From: a virus
Length of the DNA: 64,000 bases
IMG/VR virus record: IMGVR_UViG_3300035193_000045
Reading direction: 5' to 3' (one strand)
The notes under the pieces were generated by a model that worked only from the letters and a program-made list of their open reading frames with translations, did not search any database and was not told the origin of the DNA. How positions within the stretch are numbered: position 1 is the first letter of the stretch; every line of letters starts with the position of its first letter. Shown here piece by piece: positions 35,472-44,149 of the stretch. The translations under genes and the position numbers were made by a program.

Positions 35472-35821
35472 TATACTCTATCCTCCTCTATATCTGCTTG
35501 TTTCCAATACTTATTTAAAGCCAATATAGCACTTTCTCTGTCATAAAATAAATAATTCATAGGTCTACTATATCCGCTAATATGCCAATGCGTTTCAACT
35601 ACTGGATAAACTAAACATAGAATCTTATTAGATTTTGGAAGCCATTTATCTACACAAATAGATTTACCGCTAAGCCGACTATAAGAATTCACAATAACCC
35701 TAAATACAAAACCTTCTTGTACATCTTCTCGTATATTAATAGTCCAAAGTTCAGTTTTATTTTTAATACATTCTCTTACTTCCTTTACCGTAGTTAAGAA
35801 ACTGGTCATATTATTCACCAT
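35471..35821 (-). CDS. paralog-array member
   Basis: VKEVRECIKNKTELWTINI...LFYDRESAILALNKYW. Confidence 0.6.
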   Translation of the reverse strand: MVNNMTSFLTTVKEVRECIKNKTELWTINIREDVQEGFVFRVIVNSYSRLSGKSICVDKWLPKSNKILCLVYPVVETHWHISGYSRPMNYLFYDRESAILALNKYWKQADIEEDRV

Positions 35822-36137
35822 TTATCTTTTTCACGAATTGTACTAATTTTTCCATTAGTTCCTTTTCCAATTCTTTTGCATCTTTAATAGTTTTCTGAAC
35901 CTTATCTAATTCACTAGAATATTGTAAAGCCCATGCATGATCTTCTGATAAGCCAATGCTAAATGGACTTACTTCTCCATGAAAATTTAATCCAGTACAA
36001 ACTACTTTACATCGAGCAGCAGTAAAAACTATCTTACGTATGATTACCTCATAAGGTATGTTCCTATCAATAACATAACAATGGGTTTCATTATCTAAGC
36101 AATCAATTAACTGATTAATAGTTAATGCATCATACAT
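35811..36137 (-). CDS. paralog-array member
   Basis: INQLIDCLDNETHCYVIDR...LSEDHAWALQY plus a coiled-coil tail. Confidence 0.6.
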   Translation of the reverse strand: MYDALTINQLIDCLDNETHCYVIDRNIPYEVIIRKIVFTAARCKVVCTGLNFHGEVSPFSIGLSEDHAWALQYSSELDKVQKTIKDAKELEKELMEKLVQFVKKINGE

Positions 36138-36501
36138 TTTCTTTTTTCTCCTGTTCTGCTTCTACACTCTCTAAATAATCTACCCACATATTTCTTTCCA
36201 ATTGTAAATCATATATTGAGGAAATAAGCTCAGATATTTTTTGAACAGCATACAATACTTTAGCATGCTCCCTACTTAATCCCACTAATGCTATAGATAT
36301 TTCTTTACATATGACAACACCACGTTCATTCTCCATAGAGACATATTCTTTTTCTTCATCACAAACAAACTGACAAATTTTACCAATAAAATAAGAATCA
36401 GTAATACTATCATAAACATAACACAAGGAATTCTTATCCTTTATCAAATCCCTAATTTTATCTAAAGTCAATACGTCATTCATATCCGTAACTCCTTTCA
36501 A
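36130..36501 (-). CDS. paralog-array member
   Basis: LDKIRDLIKDKNSLCYVYD...LSREHAKVLYAV plus a coiled-coil tail. Confidence 0.6.
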   Translation of the reverse strand: MKGVTDMNDVLTLDKIRDLIKDKNSLCYVYDSITDSYFIGKICQFVCDEEKEYVSMENERGVVICKEISIALVGLSREHAKVLYAVQKISELISSIYDLQLERNMWVDYLESVEAEQEKKENV

Positions 36502-36794
36502 TGCCTCACTGAATCATCAGTCATACTCATTAAAGCTATATTAGCCATTAATTCTTTTGCTTCATTTCCCAATTCTTCTATAATAACCTTTCTATCTACA
36601 TCTAATACCATTTTAAACTTATCAGGTAGTTCTAATTTTGGTCTATTGGTATTATATATCAAATTAAATGCTTGCAAAAGCCCATCTGCTATACCAAGCA
36701 TATAACTCGACGTATACGCATTATCAGGATTATTTGCTTCATTGGTAATAATCGCTAATTCTTCCATTCGCTCTTTAATTGATTTTGATTTCAT
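36498..36794 (-). CDS. hypothetical protein
   Basis: 98 aa, helical-looking; no family motif. Confidence 0.5.
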   Translation of the reverse strand: MKSKSIKERMEELAIITNEANNPDNAYTSSYMLGIADGLLQAFNLIYNTNRPKLELPDKFKMVLDVDRKVIIEELGNEAKELMANIALMSMTDDSVRH

Positions 36795-37005
36795 TTATAA
36801 TCCTTTTTTCTTCTTCCATAAGACCTTTCCAACCATCTACTTCAAAAATAGACTGTAACCGTTTTGAAAGAAGTGCTACTTCTCTTACATCAAAAAATAA
36901 TCCTTGTATAGTAAAGAAAAAGAAACCCGCTAATCTAAATGCACTAAAATCTTCTTTAGAAATTTCTATAATATCCCTGTACGTCGATACAATTGATTTT
37001 TCCAC
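36775..37005 (-). CDS. hypothetical protein
   Basis: 76 aa with a central hydrophobic stretch FRLAGFFFFTIQGLFF. Confidence 0.5.
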   Translation of the reverse strand: MEKSIVSTYRDIIEISKEDFSAFRLAGFFFFTIQGLFFDVREVALLSKRLQSIFEVDGWKGLMEEEKRIINEIKIN

Positions 37006-37190
37006 TATGTACCTCCAAAATACTTTATAAAGCCTTCTATTAAAGAATACAAGGCAATACCTATACCAAAAAATACCGTAAAGTAAAACAATACTTGTTG
37101 TAGTTTATTAGGTAATCGGACTGTAACTATTAAAAATACTAAGAAAAAAGTCCATACTATATACAATATTTTCACTTTAAAAAATATCAT
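37005..37190 (-). CDS. small two-helix membrane protein
   Basis: ILYIVWTFFLVFLIVTV and VLFYFTVFFGIGIALYSLI hydrophobic segments. Confidence 0.5.
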   Translation of the reverse strand: MIFFKVKILYIVWTFFLVFLIVTVRLPNKLQQVLFYFTVFFGIGIALYSLIEGFIKYFGGT

Positions 37191-37209
37191 TTATACTTTA
37201 CCCATATTT

Positions 37210-37398
37210 CTATCCCCTAATATTGAATATATAAAAACCATTAAATATTAATAAAGATATTTTGACTATAAAAGCAGAATGAGTACATATAGTAACTAAT
37301 CTTTTTCTCTTTATAACCAAAGCCATACTCAATAAAGTGTCGCTGACTAAAAGAAATAATATATTTAGATATATAATACCTATAAATGAATGATCCAT
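37210..37398 (-). CDS. small membrane protein
   Basis: 62 aa, mostly hydrophobic with a central KRKR loop. Confidence 0.45.
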   Translation of the reverse strand: MDHSFIGIIYLNILFLLVSDTLLSMALVIKRKRLVTICTHSAFIVKISLLIFNGFYIFNIRG

Positions 37399-37409
37399 TT
37401 TACTTCTCC

Positions 37410-37607
37410 TTATTTCCTTTTTAAAAGTTTCATTTGTTTATCCCACATAATACATGCTTCTTTACTAGAATCACAAGCAGAAGTCCTTAAGCAGCATTCA
37501 TCACATACTACGGCAAAATAAGGTAAACTAAATCTCAATTTACTACTTCCACAAATACACTTTTCCTCAATTAAAAAATCTTCTCCATTCTCGGATATCT
37601 TAAACAT
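37410..37607 (-). CDS. zinc-ribbon protein
   Basis: CICGS...CDECC Cys pairs in 65 aa. Confidence 0.5.
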   Translation of the reverse strand: MFKISENGEDFLIEEKCICGSSKLRFSLPYFAVVCDECCLRTSACDSSKEACIMWDKQMKLLKRK

Positions 37608-37610
37608 CTC

Positions 37611-38060
37611 TTAACCCACCTTTCTATTCTCTATAGGGTTTATCTTTTTACACTTCTTTAAACCAATTGCATTCATTCCACGAATAGCTTTATTTATAGA
37701 AGCTATTTGTTTATTCACTGAATAAAGACCTACAGTGAATATAAATTCAATTGCTTCTTCTTCGGCCTTAAACATAAAGATATGTTTATTATGACTCGAT
37801 ACCTTATATAATCCTGGAAGTATCTCAGCCACCCCATTATCTACAAAACAATAACTATAGAAAAACAAATCCTCTTTATAACCTCCTGAATAATTTGTAT
37901 GTGGCGCCATATCTTCTACAGAAACTATTAATACTTTATCATATTTAAGACTATTTAAATCGTCACTAGCAACTACCCTATATACTGGCTCTTTATTAAT
38001 AACAACCATTTCTAAATCAGTTCTGTTCATTGAGTGTTTTGGTTTATTGCCTCTATGCAT
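37611..38060 (-). CDS. paralog-array member
   Basis: Start refined to MHRGNKP (GAGGTG 4 nt upstream; ATG 2 nt after the upstream stop). ...IFMFKAEEEAIEFIF plus tail. Confidence 0.55.
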   Translation of the reverse strand: MHRGNKPKHSMNRTDLEMVVINKEPVYRVVASDDLNSLKYDKVLIVSVEDMAPHTNYSGGYKEDLFFYSYCFVDNGVAEILPGLYKVSSHNKHIFMFKAEEEAIEFIFTVGLYSVNKQIASINKAIRGMNAIGLKKCKKINPIENRKVG

Positions 38061-38061
38061 T

Positions 38062-38466
38062 TTACACCTCATAAATAGTACACGAAGTAGTTCTAGGCAT
38101 ATGTATTGTAGACAATAATATACCAAATTCTTCTCCGTACTTATTAAATTCACAAGCCATTTTATTAATATATTTTATCTTTTCTTCTATATCTAATGAT
38201 ATTCCAGCCATTAAAGCTTTAACTGCTAACTTTTTAGTTCTGCACAATGTAAAGGCATGATCCAATGAATCAATTATTCTATACTGCACACCCTTTTTTT
38301 CTGTAATGCAGTATTCATAGTAAAAACGAACAGACGTCTCTCCTATATATTCACTAGGTACTATCCTTTTAACTACGCCTAATGAAATACTCCTTGAATT
38401 TAAATCTACTAAATACACAATGACATTATCCTCTATTAATTTTACTACTGCATCCTTCGACAACAT
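38062..38466 (-). CDS. paralog-array member
   Basis: VVKLIEDNVIVYLVDLN...FTLCRTKKLAVKALM plus a coiled-coil tail. Confidence 0.6.
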   Translation of the reverse strand: MLSKDAVVKLIEDNVIVYLVDLNSRSISLGVVKRIVPSEYIGETSVRFYYEYCITEKKGVQYRIIDSLDHAFTLCRTKKLAVKALMAGISLDIEEKIKYINKMACEFNKYGEEFGILLSTIHMPRTTSCTIYEV

Positions 38467-38467
38467 C

Positions 38468-38830
38468 TCATTTACCTTCCTTTCTTAAAATTGATATATA
38501 CATCAATTTATCAGATAATTCACATATCTTTCTATCGACGTTAATCATAATACTTTTCAAACTACTTATCATATATTGTAAAGCTTCTTCCTCTGATTCA
38601 CATAAAGCAATGTATTTAGAATCATATGAATGCATAGTATAGAAATATTTATTTTCTATATAAGACATCCACCAAATATTATTATCATGTTCATTTACCG
38701 TAAAAGATTTAATAAGTATTACTTTGTATTCAACATCTATTCCTTTTTGTATTACTAAATACAAAGGTACCTTTTCTTTAATGTAGTACTTAATGCTTTG
38801 CCTATCACTATTTGTTTCTAATAAATTCAT
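38468..38830 (-). CDS. paralog-array member
   Basis: IKYYIKEKVPLYLVIQK...ALCESEEEALQYMI plus tail; GGAGG upstream. Confidence 0.6.
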   Translation of the reverse strand: MNLLETNSDRQSIKYYIKEKVPLYLVIQKGIDVEYKVILIKSFTVNEHDNNIWWMSYIENKYFYTMHSYDSKYIALCESEEEALQYMISSLKSIMINVDRKICELSDKLMYISILRKEGK

Positions 38831-38890
38831 TTATTACCTCCATATTATTTAAAATAAATTTATTAAGGACAGTCATTTATTATATAGCTA

Positions 38891-38921
38891 ATACCTAAAT
38901 GTATTTAGGTATTTAAGTACC
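38891..38921. promoter_or_regulatory. ATACCTAAAT-GT-ATTTAGGTAT palindrome plus AGGTATTTAAGTACC
   Basis: 10-bp arms with a 2-nt spacer (38891-38912), overlapping a GTAC-type half-site (38907-38921), in the 114-nt intergenic gap. Confidence 0.55.
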
Positions 38922-38944
38922 AAATTTATACGTTTTTTCTGGAA

Positions 38945-39220
38945 TTATATTTTTTCTATAGAAGTAATCTCTATTTTTACTTTATAAAGTCTTGGATTAT
39001 GCTTTAATTCATCACTTACTTCTTCAAAATTATACTCTATTAATGGAACTGGATCCATATCAGTAATAAATGAATCAAAAGAACAAAGACTACCTAACTT
39101 GTTATGCCACCCTTTTACCATTCTTGGTTTTTGTCTATATAAATAAATGCCAAAAGAATCTACACCTATCCATCGAAAATTTTGTAATACTAATTTTTTA
39201 AATTTATTCTCCACTTTCAT
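38945..39220 (-). CDS. hypothetical protein (paralog of 39645-39866)
   Basis: FRWIGVDSFGIYLYRQKPRMVKGW parallels CYAIDESGDVYYYEKKP...GMW. Confidence 0.5.
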   Translation of the reverse strand: MKVENKFKKLVLQNFRWIGVDSFGIYLYRQKPRMVKGWHNKLGSLCSFDSFITDMDPVPLIEYNFEEVSDELKHNPRLYKVKIEITSIEKI

Positions 39221-39593
39221 TTCCTACATTACGAGTAATTAAAGATAACTGCTTACCTGATTTAACAATTTTCTTATTAAAATCACTAATCGCTGAATTT
39301 AAATAAAATACTTTACTATCTATGTATTGTTTCATTTCTTTATACATATAGCTAAGAGCTTCTTTTTCTGTTTCAAACAAAAATTCATCTTTTGACCATG
39401 GATAACTTTCTCCTGTTTTAGAAAAATGCATATATTCAAAATTAACACGCATTTCATCATGGGAACCTTCAACTGAAGTAATAAGAATAGGCGTACAATA
39501 CATGCCACATTTATTAGAAGTATTTACTAAATACAAAGACACCTTTTCTTTCATCGCAGTCAATACTTTTTCTTTCTTCATACAAAATTTCAT
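39204..39593 (-). CDS. paralog-array member
   Basis: Start refined to MKFCMKKEK (GGAGGA 4 nt upstream). VLTAMKEKVSLYLVNT...FLFETEKEALSYMY plus tail. Confidence 0.55.
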   Translation of the reverse strand: MKFCMKKEKVLTAMKEKVSLYLVNTSNKCGMYCTPILITSVEGSHDEMRVNFEYMHFSKTGESYPWSKDEFLFETEKEALSYMYKEMKQYIDSKVFYLNSAISDFNKKIVKSGKQLSLITRNVGNESGE

Positions 39594-39644
39594 TTTGTCC
39601 TCCATAAAAATACCGGTCATTAAACCCAATTTTCATTAATAAAC

Positions 39645-39866
39645 CTATAAAATTTCGTGCAAAGTTTGGCGCCAATCACCAAATAAATGCTGGTAAAGTG
39701 TTATACCTGAGAATTCCATTCTACCCTTTGAGATCCACATTCCGCCGTCTTCTTCATCCTCTGCAACTGGTTTCTTTTCATAATAATATACGTCACCACT
39801 CTCATCAATTGCGTAACATGTTGCCCAATTAGGCACTTTAACTTTGATTAAAAATTCTCTTTTCAT
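39645..39866 (-). CDS. hypothetical protein
   Basis: 73 aa; see 38945-39220. Confidence 0.5.
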   Translation of the reverse strand: MKREFLIKVKVPNWATCYAIDESGDVYYYEKKPVAEDEEDGGMWISKGRMEFSGITLYQHLFGDWRQTLHEIL

Positions 39867-39910
39867 TTTTCACCTTTCTGTAGCTCCTATAAATCCAACG
39901 ATTCATTTAT

Positions 39911-40171
39911 TTAATCATTATCGTTTAACGTTTTAAAAATTGATACACAACTTTCTATAAACGATAACTCTACCTGCATTGCTTCTTTAAAAGCATTACT
40001 CACCATCTCTTGGTAACGAATTGCACTTTGACTTTGAACATAAGCTTTATCTAAATTATCTAAGTCACTATATTTACTTTCCCTAGATGCCTTAAAATCT
40101 TCAGCTATTTGTAATAATTGCCTATACAGATAATTAGCTTGAACAGATTTAAATTTAAAACTATTATCCAT
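39911..40171 (-). CDS. hypothetical protein
   Basis: 86 aa, helical-looking. Confidence 0.5.
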   Translation of the reverse strand: MDNSFKFKSVQANYLYRQLLQIAEDFKASRESKYSDLDNLDKAYVQSQSAIRYQEMVSNAFKEAMQVELSFIESCVSIFKTLNDND

Positions 40172-40175
40172 AAAA

Positions 40176-40475
40176 TTACTCCTTTAAAAACGTAATAACG
40201 GATGGAAGTAGGCTATCTCTCCACATAGAAATTGCTCCACCCCATTGATCTTTATCCGTTAATAATAAATTTCGATAATCAGAATCCCCCCAAACTTTAT
40301 ACATTAGAATATCTATCACTACAAAAGTTGGAAAATAAACTTTTTTATTACTTCTAAATCTAAACCAATACCACCCAGTTTTATTTGGCATTTCTTTTTC
40401 TATTTTTTCATCTAATTGTTCTATTGGTGCCCTAAACAAATTAATAATTTTATTATACATTTCTATTCTCCACAC
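40176..40475 (-). CDS. hypothetical protein
   Basis: 99 aa, Trp-rich. Confidence 0.5.
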   Translation of the reverse strand: MWRIEMYNKIINLFRAPIEQLDEKIEKEMPNKTGWYWFRFRSNKKVYFPTFVVIDILMYKVWGDSDYRNLLLTDKDQWGGAISMWRDSLLPSVITFLKE

Positions 40476-40966
40476 AATAATTGGTGCAATGAAGCAGTTT
40501 TTATATTTTTAGCCATAGCCAATATTTCATCTATCTCTTCATCAGTAAGTACCTCTTTCACTTCTTTATTCTTTTTATCAGAATAAAGATTATTGGCCTG
40601 AATAAACGCTGAATGAAAACTTTTTACTTGGCTACGCCATAGAGGTATCATTGTTTCTGCAGCACTTACAATTTTTTGAGCAGTACTTCTAGGTGTAATA
40701 AATCCTATTCGTCTAGTACCATATTGCCTATAGCGCACAGTAGACGTATTATTTATACAAGCATATATTTGACAAAGAATATCTCGTTCAAAAGTATTCT
40801 TGTACTTCAATTGAACAATAATTTCTTCATCTATATCATCTCTTAAAATATCTTCTACCGTTTTACCAACCTTATCTAAAATTCGTTGAGCACTTTCTCT
40901 TTCACCCCGAGTAGCGCCCCACATCGCTAATCGAGCAACCTTTCGCAATGTATTAGTATTCAACAT
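40463..40966 (-). CDS. hypothetical protein (N-terminus reminiscent of DUF2786)
   Basis: LRKVARLAMWGATRGERESAQRILDKV resembles the A..A......E.E.A motif of DUF2786; weak. Confidence 0.35.
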   Translation of the reverse strand: MLNTNTLRKVARLAMWGATRGERESAQRILDKVGKTVEDILRDDIDEEIIVQLKYKNTFERDILCQIYACINNTSTVRYRQYGTRRIGFITPRSTAQKIVSAAETMIPLWRSQVKSFHSAFIQANNLYSDKKNKEVKEVLTDEEIDEILAMAKNIKTASLHQLLCGE

Positions 40967-41004
40967 AATAAATTCCTTTCACAAAATAACCCCCCCCATA
41001 AAAA

Positions 41005-41481
41005 TCAAATATCGGGATAACCCGTACAAGACCCATTATCACTAAGCAAATATCCAGATGGTAATGGTATTAATTTATACCCAGTACTCGCAATAAGCAT
41101 CCTAGGAACAAAATAATCTGCACATAAACGTGGATTGCTAATAATGAATACCCCATCCCGTACGTATCGAAGCCTATCAAAACGTAAATCTTGTAAATCA
41201 TAATTATTTACAACGACTAATCGTCCATAAATCTTTACAAGACTAGGCATCCGTACAGAATACGCAGAAGCGTTAACAACCGTCAAATCACCCTGAATAC
41301 AATAAGTGGGTTTTTCCTCCCAATAATCGGCATCGTCTTGATTATCGATATCAATGGCATTCCTACATTTATGCCGAGTAACTACGGTAAGTCCTGCTTG
41401 ATCTTCTATAGTATCAATTTCAAAATCTTGGTTTTCACAAGCAAAAGAACAAAACAAAATCAATAATAGAAGGTACTTCAT
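41005..41481 (-). CDS. secreted/lipoprotein-like protein with receptor L-domain-like repeat
   Basis: MKYLLLLILFCSFAC signal/lipobox-like N-terminus. IYGRLVVVNNYDLQDLRFDRLRYVRDGVFIISNPRLC resembles receptor L-domain LRR-like turns. Confidence 0.4.
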   Translation of the reverse strand: MKYLLLLILFCSFACENQDFEIDTIEDQAGLTVVTRHKCRNAIDIDNQDDADYWEEKPTYCIQGDLTVVNASAYSVRMPSLVKIYGRLVVVNNYDLQDLRFDRLRYVRDGVFIISNPRLCADYFVPRMLIASTGYKLIPLPSGYLLSDNGSCTGYPDI

Positions 41482-41927
41482 TTAGTGTCTCCTTTTCGTA
41501 AATAGTTCAACAACTTTTCTCGATAATACCGTTCACCTTTTTCAAAAAAATCATAACCTATCCATAACAATTTTTCATCTGCTTCCTCCTTTCTTTCAAA
41601 CACCCAACTAATTGGTATATAGATAATATGGCCCCTATAATGTAGTATTACTTCCTGTTCCCCTGTACTCTTTAAAAAACTATCTGAAATTTCAAAACTA
41701 TTAGATCTAATAATTTTAAGAAATTTATAAGGATCAAATTCACCACCCATAAGTGCTATATTAACAATGTATTGGTAATCATCTAAAGCTTCTTCATTAT
41801 CATTATTATCACTAAAATCTAAATAAGGTACTACAAAATACAAATGAACCCCTCTATACAAATGAACCCCTCTAGCCTTAAGTTCATCATTAAATTTAAC
41901 TAATTCTTCTAATCGTTCTATTTTCAT
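41478..41927 (-). CDS. hypothetical protein (MKIERLEELVK start)
   Basis: Shares its first 11 codons with the upstream gene. Confidence 0.55.
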   Translation of the reverse strand: MKIERLEELVKFNDELKARGVHLYRGVHLYFVVPYLDFSDNNDNEEALDDYQYIVNIALMGGEFDPYKFLKIIRSNSFEISDSFLKSTGEQEVILHYRGHIIYIPISWVFERKEEADEKLLWIGYDFFEKGERYYREKLLNYLRKGDTK

Positions 41928-41928
41928 T

Positions 41929-42372
41929 TTATCTTCCTTTTAAAGTAAATCCAAAACCACTAAGTAACGTGATTAAGACAAAATCCCAATCTACCCCATG
42001 TTTAATATTAAAAGCCTTTATAGCGGATCTAATGCTCTCAAGTAAAGCTATAGATCCTTCAGCACTAGCCCAAATTGCGGCACTAGAAGCATAATAAAAT
42101 AAATCATCTCTATAAAACATAATATTAAAGTCATAAGATATTTGCCAAGATAATTCCTTAATACAATTATCTCCAGTCATTAAATATTGATACACCGTAT
42201 CATGACAATCCCATAAATCTGAAACTAATAAAGCAAATAATCGAGATATCCGCATTGCAGTATAAGGAGAAATAGTCCATAAAAGCTCTGACAGTATCCA
42301 CAACTTGTCATCCATAGGCATTCTACTCTTAATAATAGATTTAACTAATTCTTCAAGTCGTTCTATTTTCAT
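41929..42372 (-). CDS. hypothetical protein (MKIERLEELVK start)
   Basis: Same 5' end as 41478-41927; the rest is unrelated. Confidence 0.55.
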   Translation of the reverse strand: MKIERLEELVKSIIKSRMPMDDKLWILSELLWTISPYTAMRISRLFALLVSDLWDCHDTVYQYLMTGDNCIKELSWQISYDFNIMFYRDDLFYYASSAAIWASAEGSIALLESIRSAIKAFNIKHGVDWDFVLITLLSGFGFTLKGR

Positions 42373-42377
42373 TTTTC

Positions 42378-42608
42378 TTACCTTGTATCAACACTATTCA
42401 TATCTAATAATGTATTCATTGTTATTGGCATAATGCCAATATAACCAACTACAATTTCCCCGTTACGAACCTTTCTAAAATTTCCTTCAGTCAAAACCGA
42501 ACCGTTAGCAAAGTTTAGGTGGACATAGTATTTTTTAGAGGTCTTCTTGATGTAAATAGTTTCACCTACACTATTTGTATATGTCGCAACCAATATTTTC
42601 TTTTCCAT
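42378..42608 (-). CDS. hypothetical protein
   Basis: 76 aa, first gene after the 42609-42694 gap. Confidence 0.55.
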   Translation of the reverse strand: MEKKILVATYTNSVGETIYIKKTSKKYYVHLNFANGSVLTEGNFRKVRNGEIVVGYIGIMPITMNTLLDMNSVDTR

Positions 42609-42623
42609 AATATTTCCTTTCTT

Positions 42624-42649
42624 TATTTAGGTATTTAAATACCTAAATA
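42624..42649. promoter_or_regulatory. perfect 26-bp palindrome TATTTAGGTATTTAAATACCTAAATA
   Basis: Self-complementary; 16 nt upstream of the ATG at 42608; abutted on the minus strand by TATAAT (42654-42649). Confidence 0.6.
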
Positions 42650-42694
42650 TTATAAACCACCTCATTTACAGTATACGGCATTTTGCCGGTATAT

Positions 42695-42976
42695 TCAAGC
42701 ACTACTAAGAATTAAGGCTTCACAATGCTTAGCCACTCTATACGTAAAATCCGGATTGCCTCTAGCTCTTTGCATAATACTAATAATTTTATAAATAGAA
42801 ATACTAGATGTTCTGCCTAATTTTTTGTGTTCTAATTTTACAGCTTCGTAAACACGAATAGTTTCTAACAATTTCCATTCATCGGAAATTCTATTTTTCC
42901 GATACCTCATTTCGTCTGTTAAAACTAATTGAATACGTCTTGCAATACCCTCCTCAGTAATTTGAAATGATTGCAT
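42695..42976 (-). CDS. hypothetical protein
   Basis: 93 aa; no motif recognised. Confidence 0.5.
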   Translation of the reverse strand: MQSFQITEEGIARRIQLVLTDEMRYRKNRISDEWKLLETIRVYEAVKLEHKKLGRTSSISIYKIISIMQRARGNPDFTYRVAKHCEALILSSA

Positions 42977-42986
42977 GAAAACCTCA

Positions 42987-43307
42987 CTAGGTTATAGTAA
43001 GTTTCCGTAAATATTTAATTTCTCGCATATATTCCTTATTTTTATAATTAAATACAACACATTTAAATTGCCCGCGTACCCAAAAAGCTTTAGCCGTTAT
43101 TATTGTACCAATTGGTATAATAGTATCTTCATAGATAACAAATTTTTCTCCCCCCACCATGTCCCGTACACTAATATATTCTAATTCAATATGTTGTCTA
43201 ATATAAGAGATAATTCCCCATTCTAAGTCAGTACACCAAAAAGATTTTCTCTTTTTCCCTTCTTTTTTTCTATTTTGAATAAATCTTTGTTGTCTATCAT
43301 TCATCAT
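42987..43307 (-). CDS. hypothetical protein
   Basis: 106 aa with a basic N-terminus. Confidence 0.5.
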   Translation of the reverse strand: MMNDRQQRFIQNRKKEGKKRKSFWCTDLEWGIISYIRQHIELEYISVRDMVGGEKFVIYEDTIIPIGTIITAKAFWVRGQFKCVVFNYKNKEYMREIKYLRKLTIT

Positions 43308-43310
43308 TTC

Positions 43311-44135
43311 TTACCTATTTCCTTTCATAACCCCCCTTCTCAAAACTGGATTCCACAAATTCAATTTAACCTCCCCTAATCCTTTGCAATTATAACACGT
43401 ACTATAGTACGGTTTATCATCAGACCTAATTTCCACTTGGCCAGATCCTTGACAATTTTTGCATACTACCCCTATTTTGTTCTTTCCAGGGATTATACGC
43501 ATCCTATACAATTTTTTAATACGTAATTTATTATGAGATAAAAGCTCTGTAAAGGACATCCATTTCGTTTTATCTCTGCTCATTATATAAGATTCAATAT
43601 CTTGCATAGTGACATTTTCTTTAAAATTAATATCACAAAATTTATTAATAGGATAAAACCTCCCTGACCCATTGCAAACTTTACATTCAATTTCAGTATG
43701 ATGCTCTGATTTACGATATTTTCCCGTGCCGTTACAATACCGACAAGCATAGGAAAATAACCCTACACCATTACAAGTAGGACATTCTCCAGTACCCAAT
43801 ACTTGCCCTCTATCATGATATATATGATATCCTTTTCCTGAACAGACATCACAAGACCCGACATCTATCTCTGTAGTGGGGAAACCTTTCCCTAATGACA
43901 CAACTAAATCCCCCTCAATAGTCCTATCCGAGATAGATGTATTAATTCCCAATTCTTTTATTTTCTCAAACAAAAATTCATATGCCGATGTTAGCTCAAT
44001 AAAAGCTGTTTCACTCCCCCCACAATCCGGATGCCTTTGCATAGACAATTTGCGAAATACAGATTTCAATTCCGCATTATCCTGAAAAAAACCTTCTTTC
44101 TTTTCAAAAACCCTTAACGCGTGTGTTAGATCCAT
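43311..44135 (-). CDS. DnaJ-like co-chaperone (J domain + six CxxCxGxG zinc-finger motifs)
   Basis: J-domain with HPD (FRKLSMQRHPDCGG). CDVCSGKG, CPTCNGVG, CRYCNGTG, CKVCNGSG, CKNCQGSG, CYNCKGLG. Confidence 0.8.
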   Translation of the reverse strand: MDLTHALRVFEKKEGFFQDNAELKSVFRKLSMQRHPDCGGSETAFIELTSAYEFLFEKIKELGINTSISDRTIEGDLVVSLGKGFPTTEIDVGSCDVCSGKGYHIYHDRGQVLGTGECPTCNGVGLFSYACRYCNGTGKYRKSEHHTEIECKVCNGSGRFYPINKFCDINFKENVTMQDIESYIMSRDKTKWMSFTELLSHNKLRIKKLYRMRIIPGKNKIGVVCKNCQGSGQVEIRSDDKPYYSTCYNCKGLGEVKLNLWNPVLRRGVMKGNR

Positions 44136-44149
44136 AATTAGTCTCCTTT

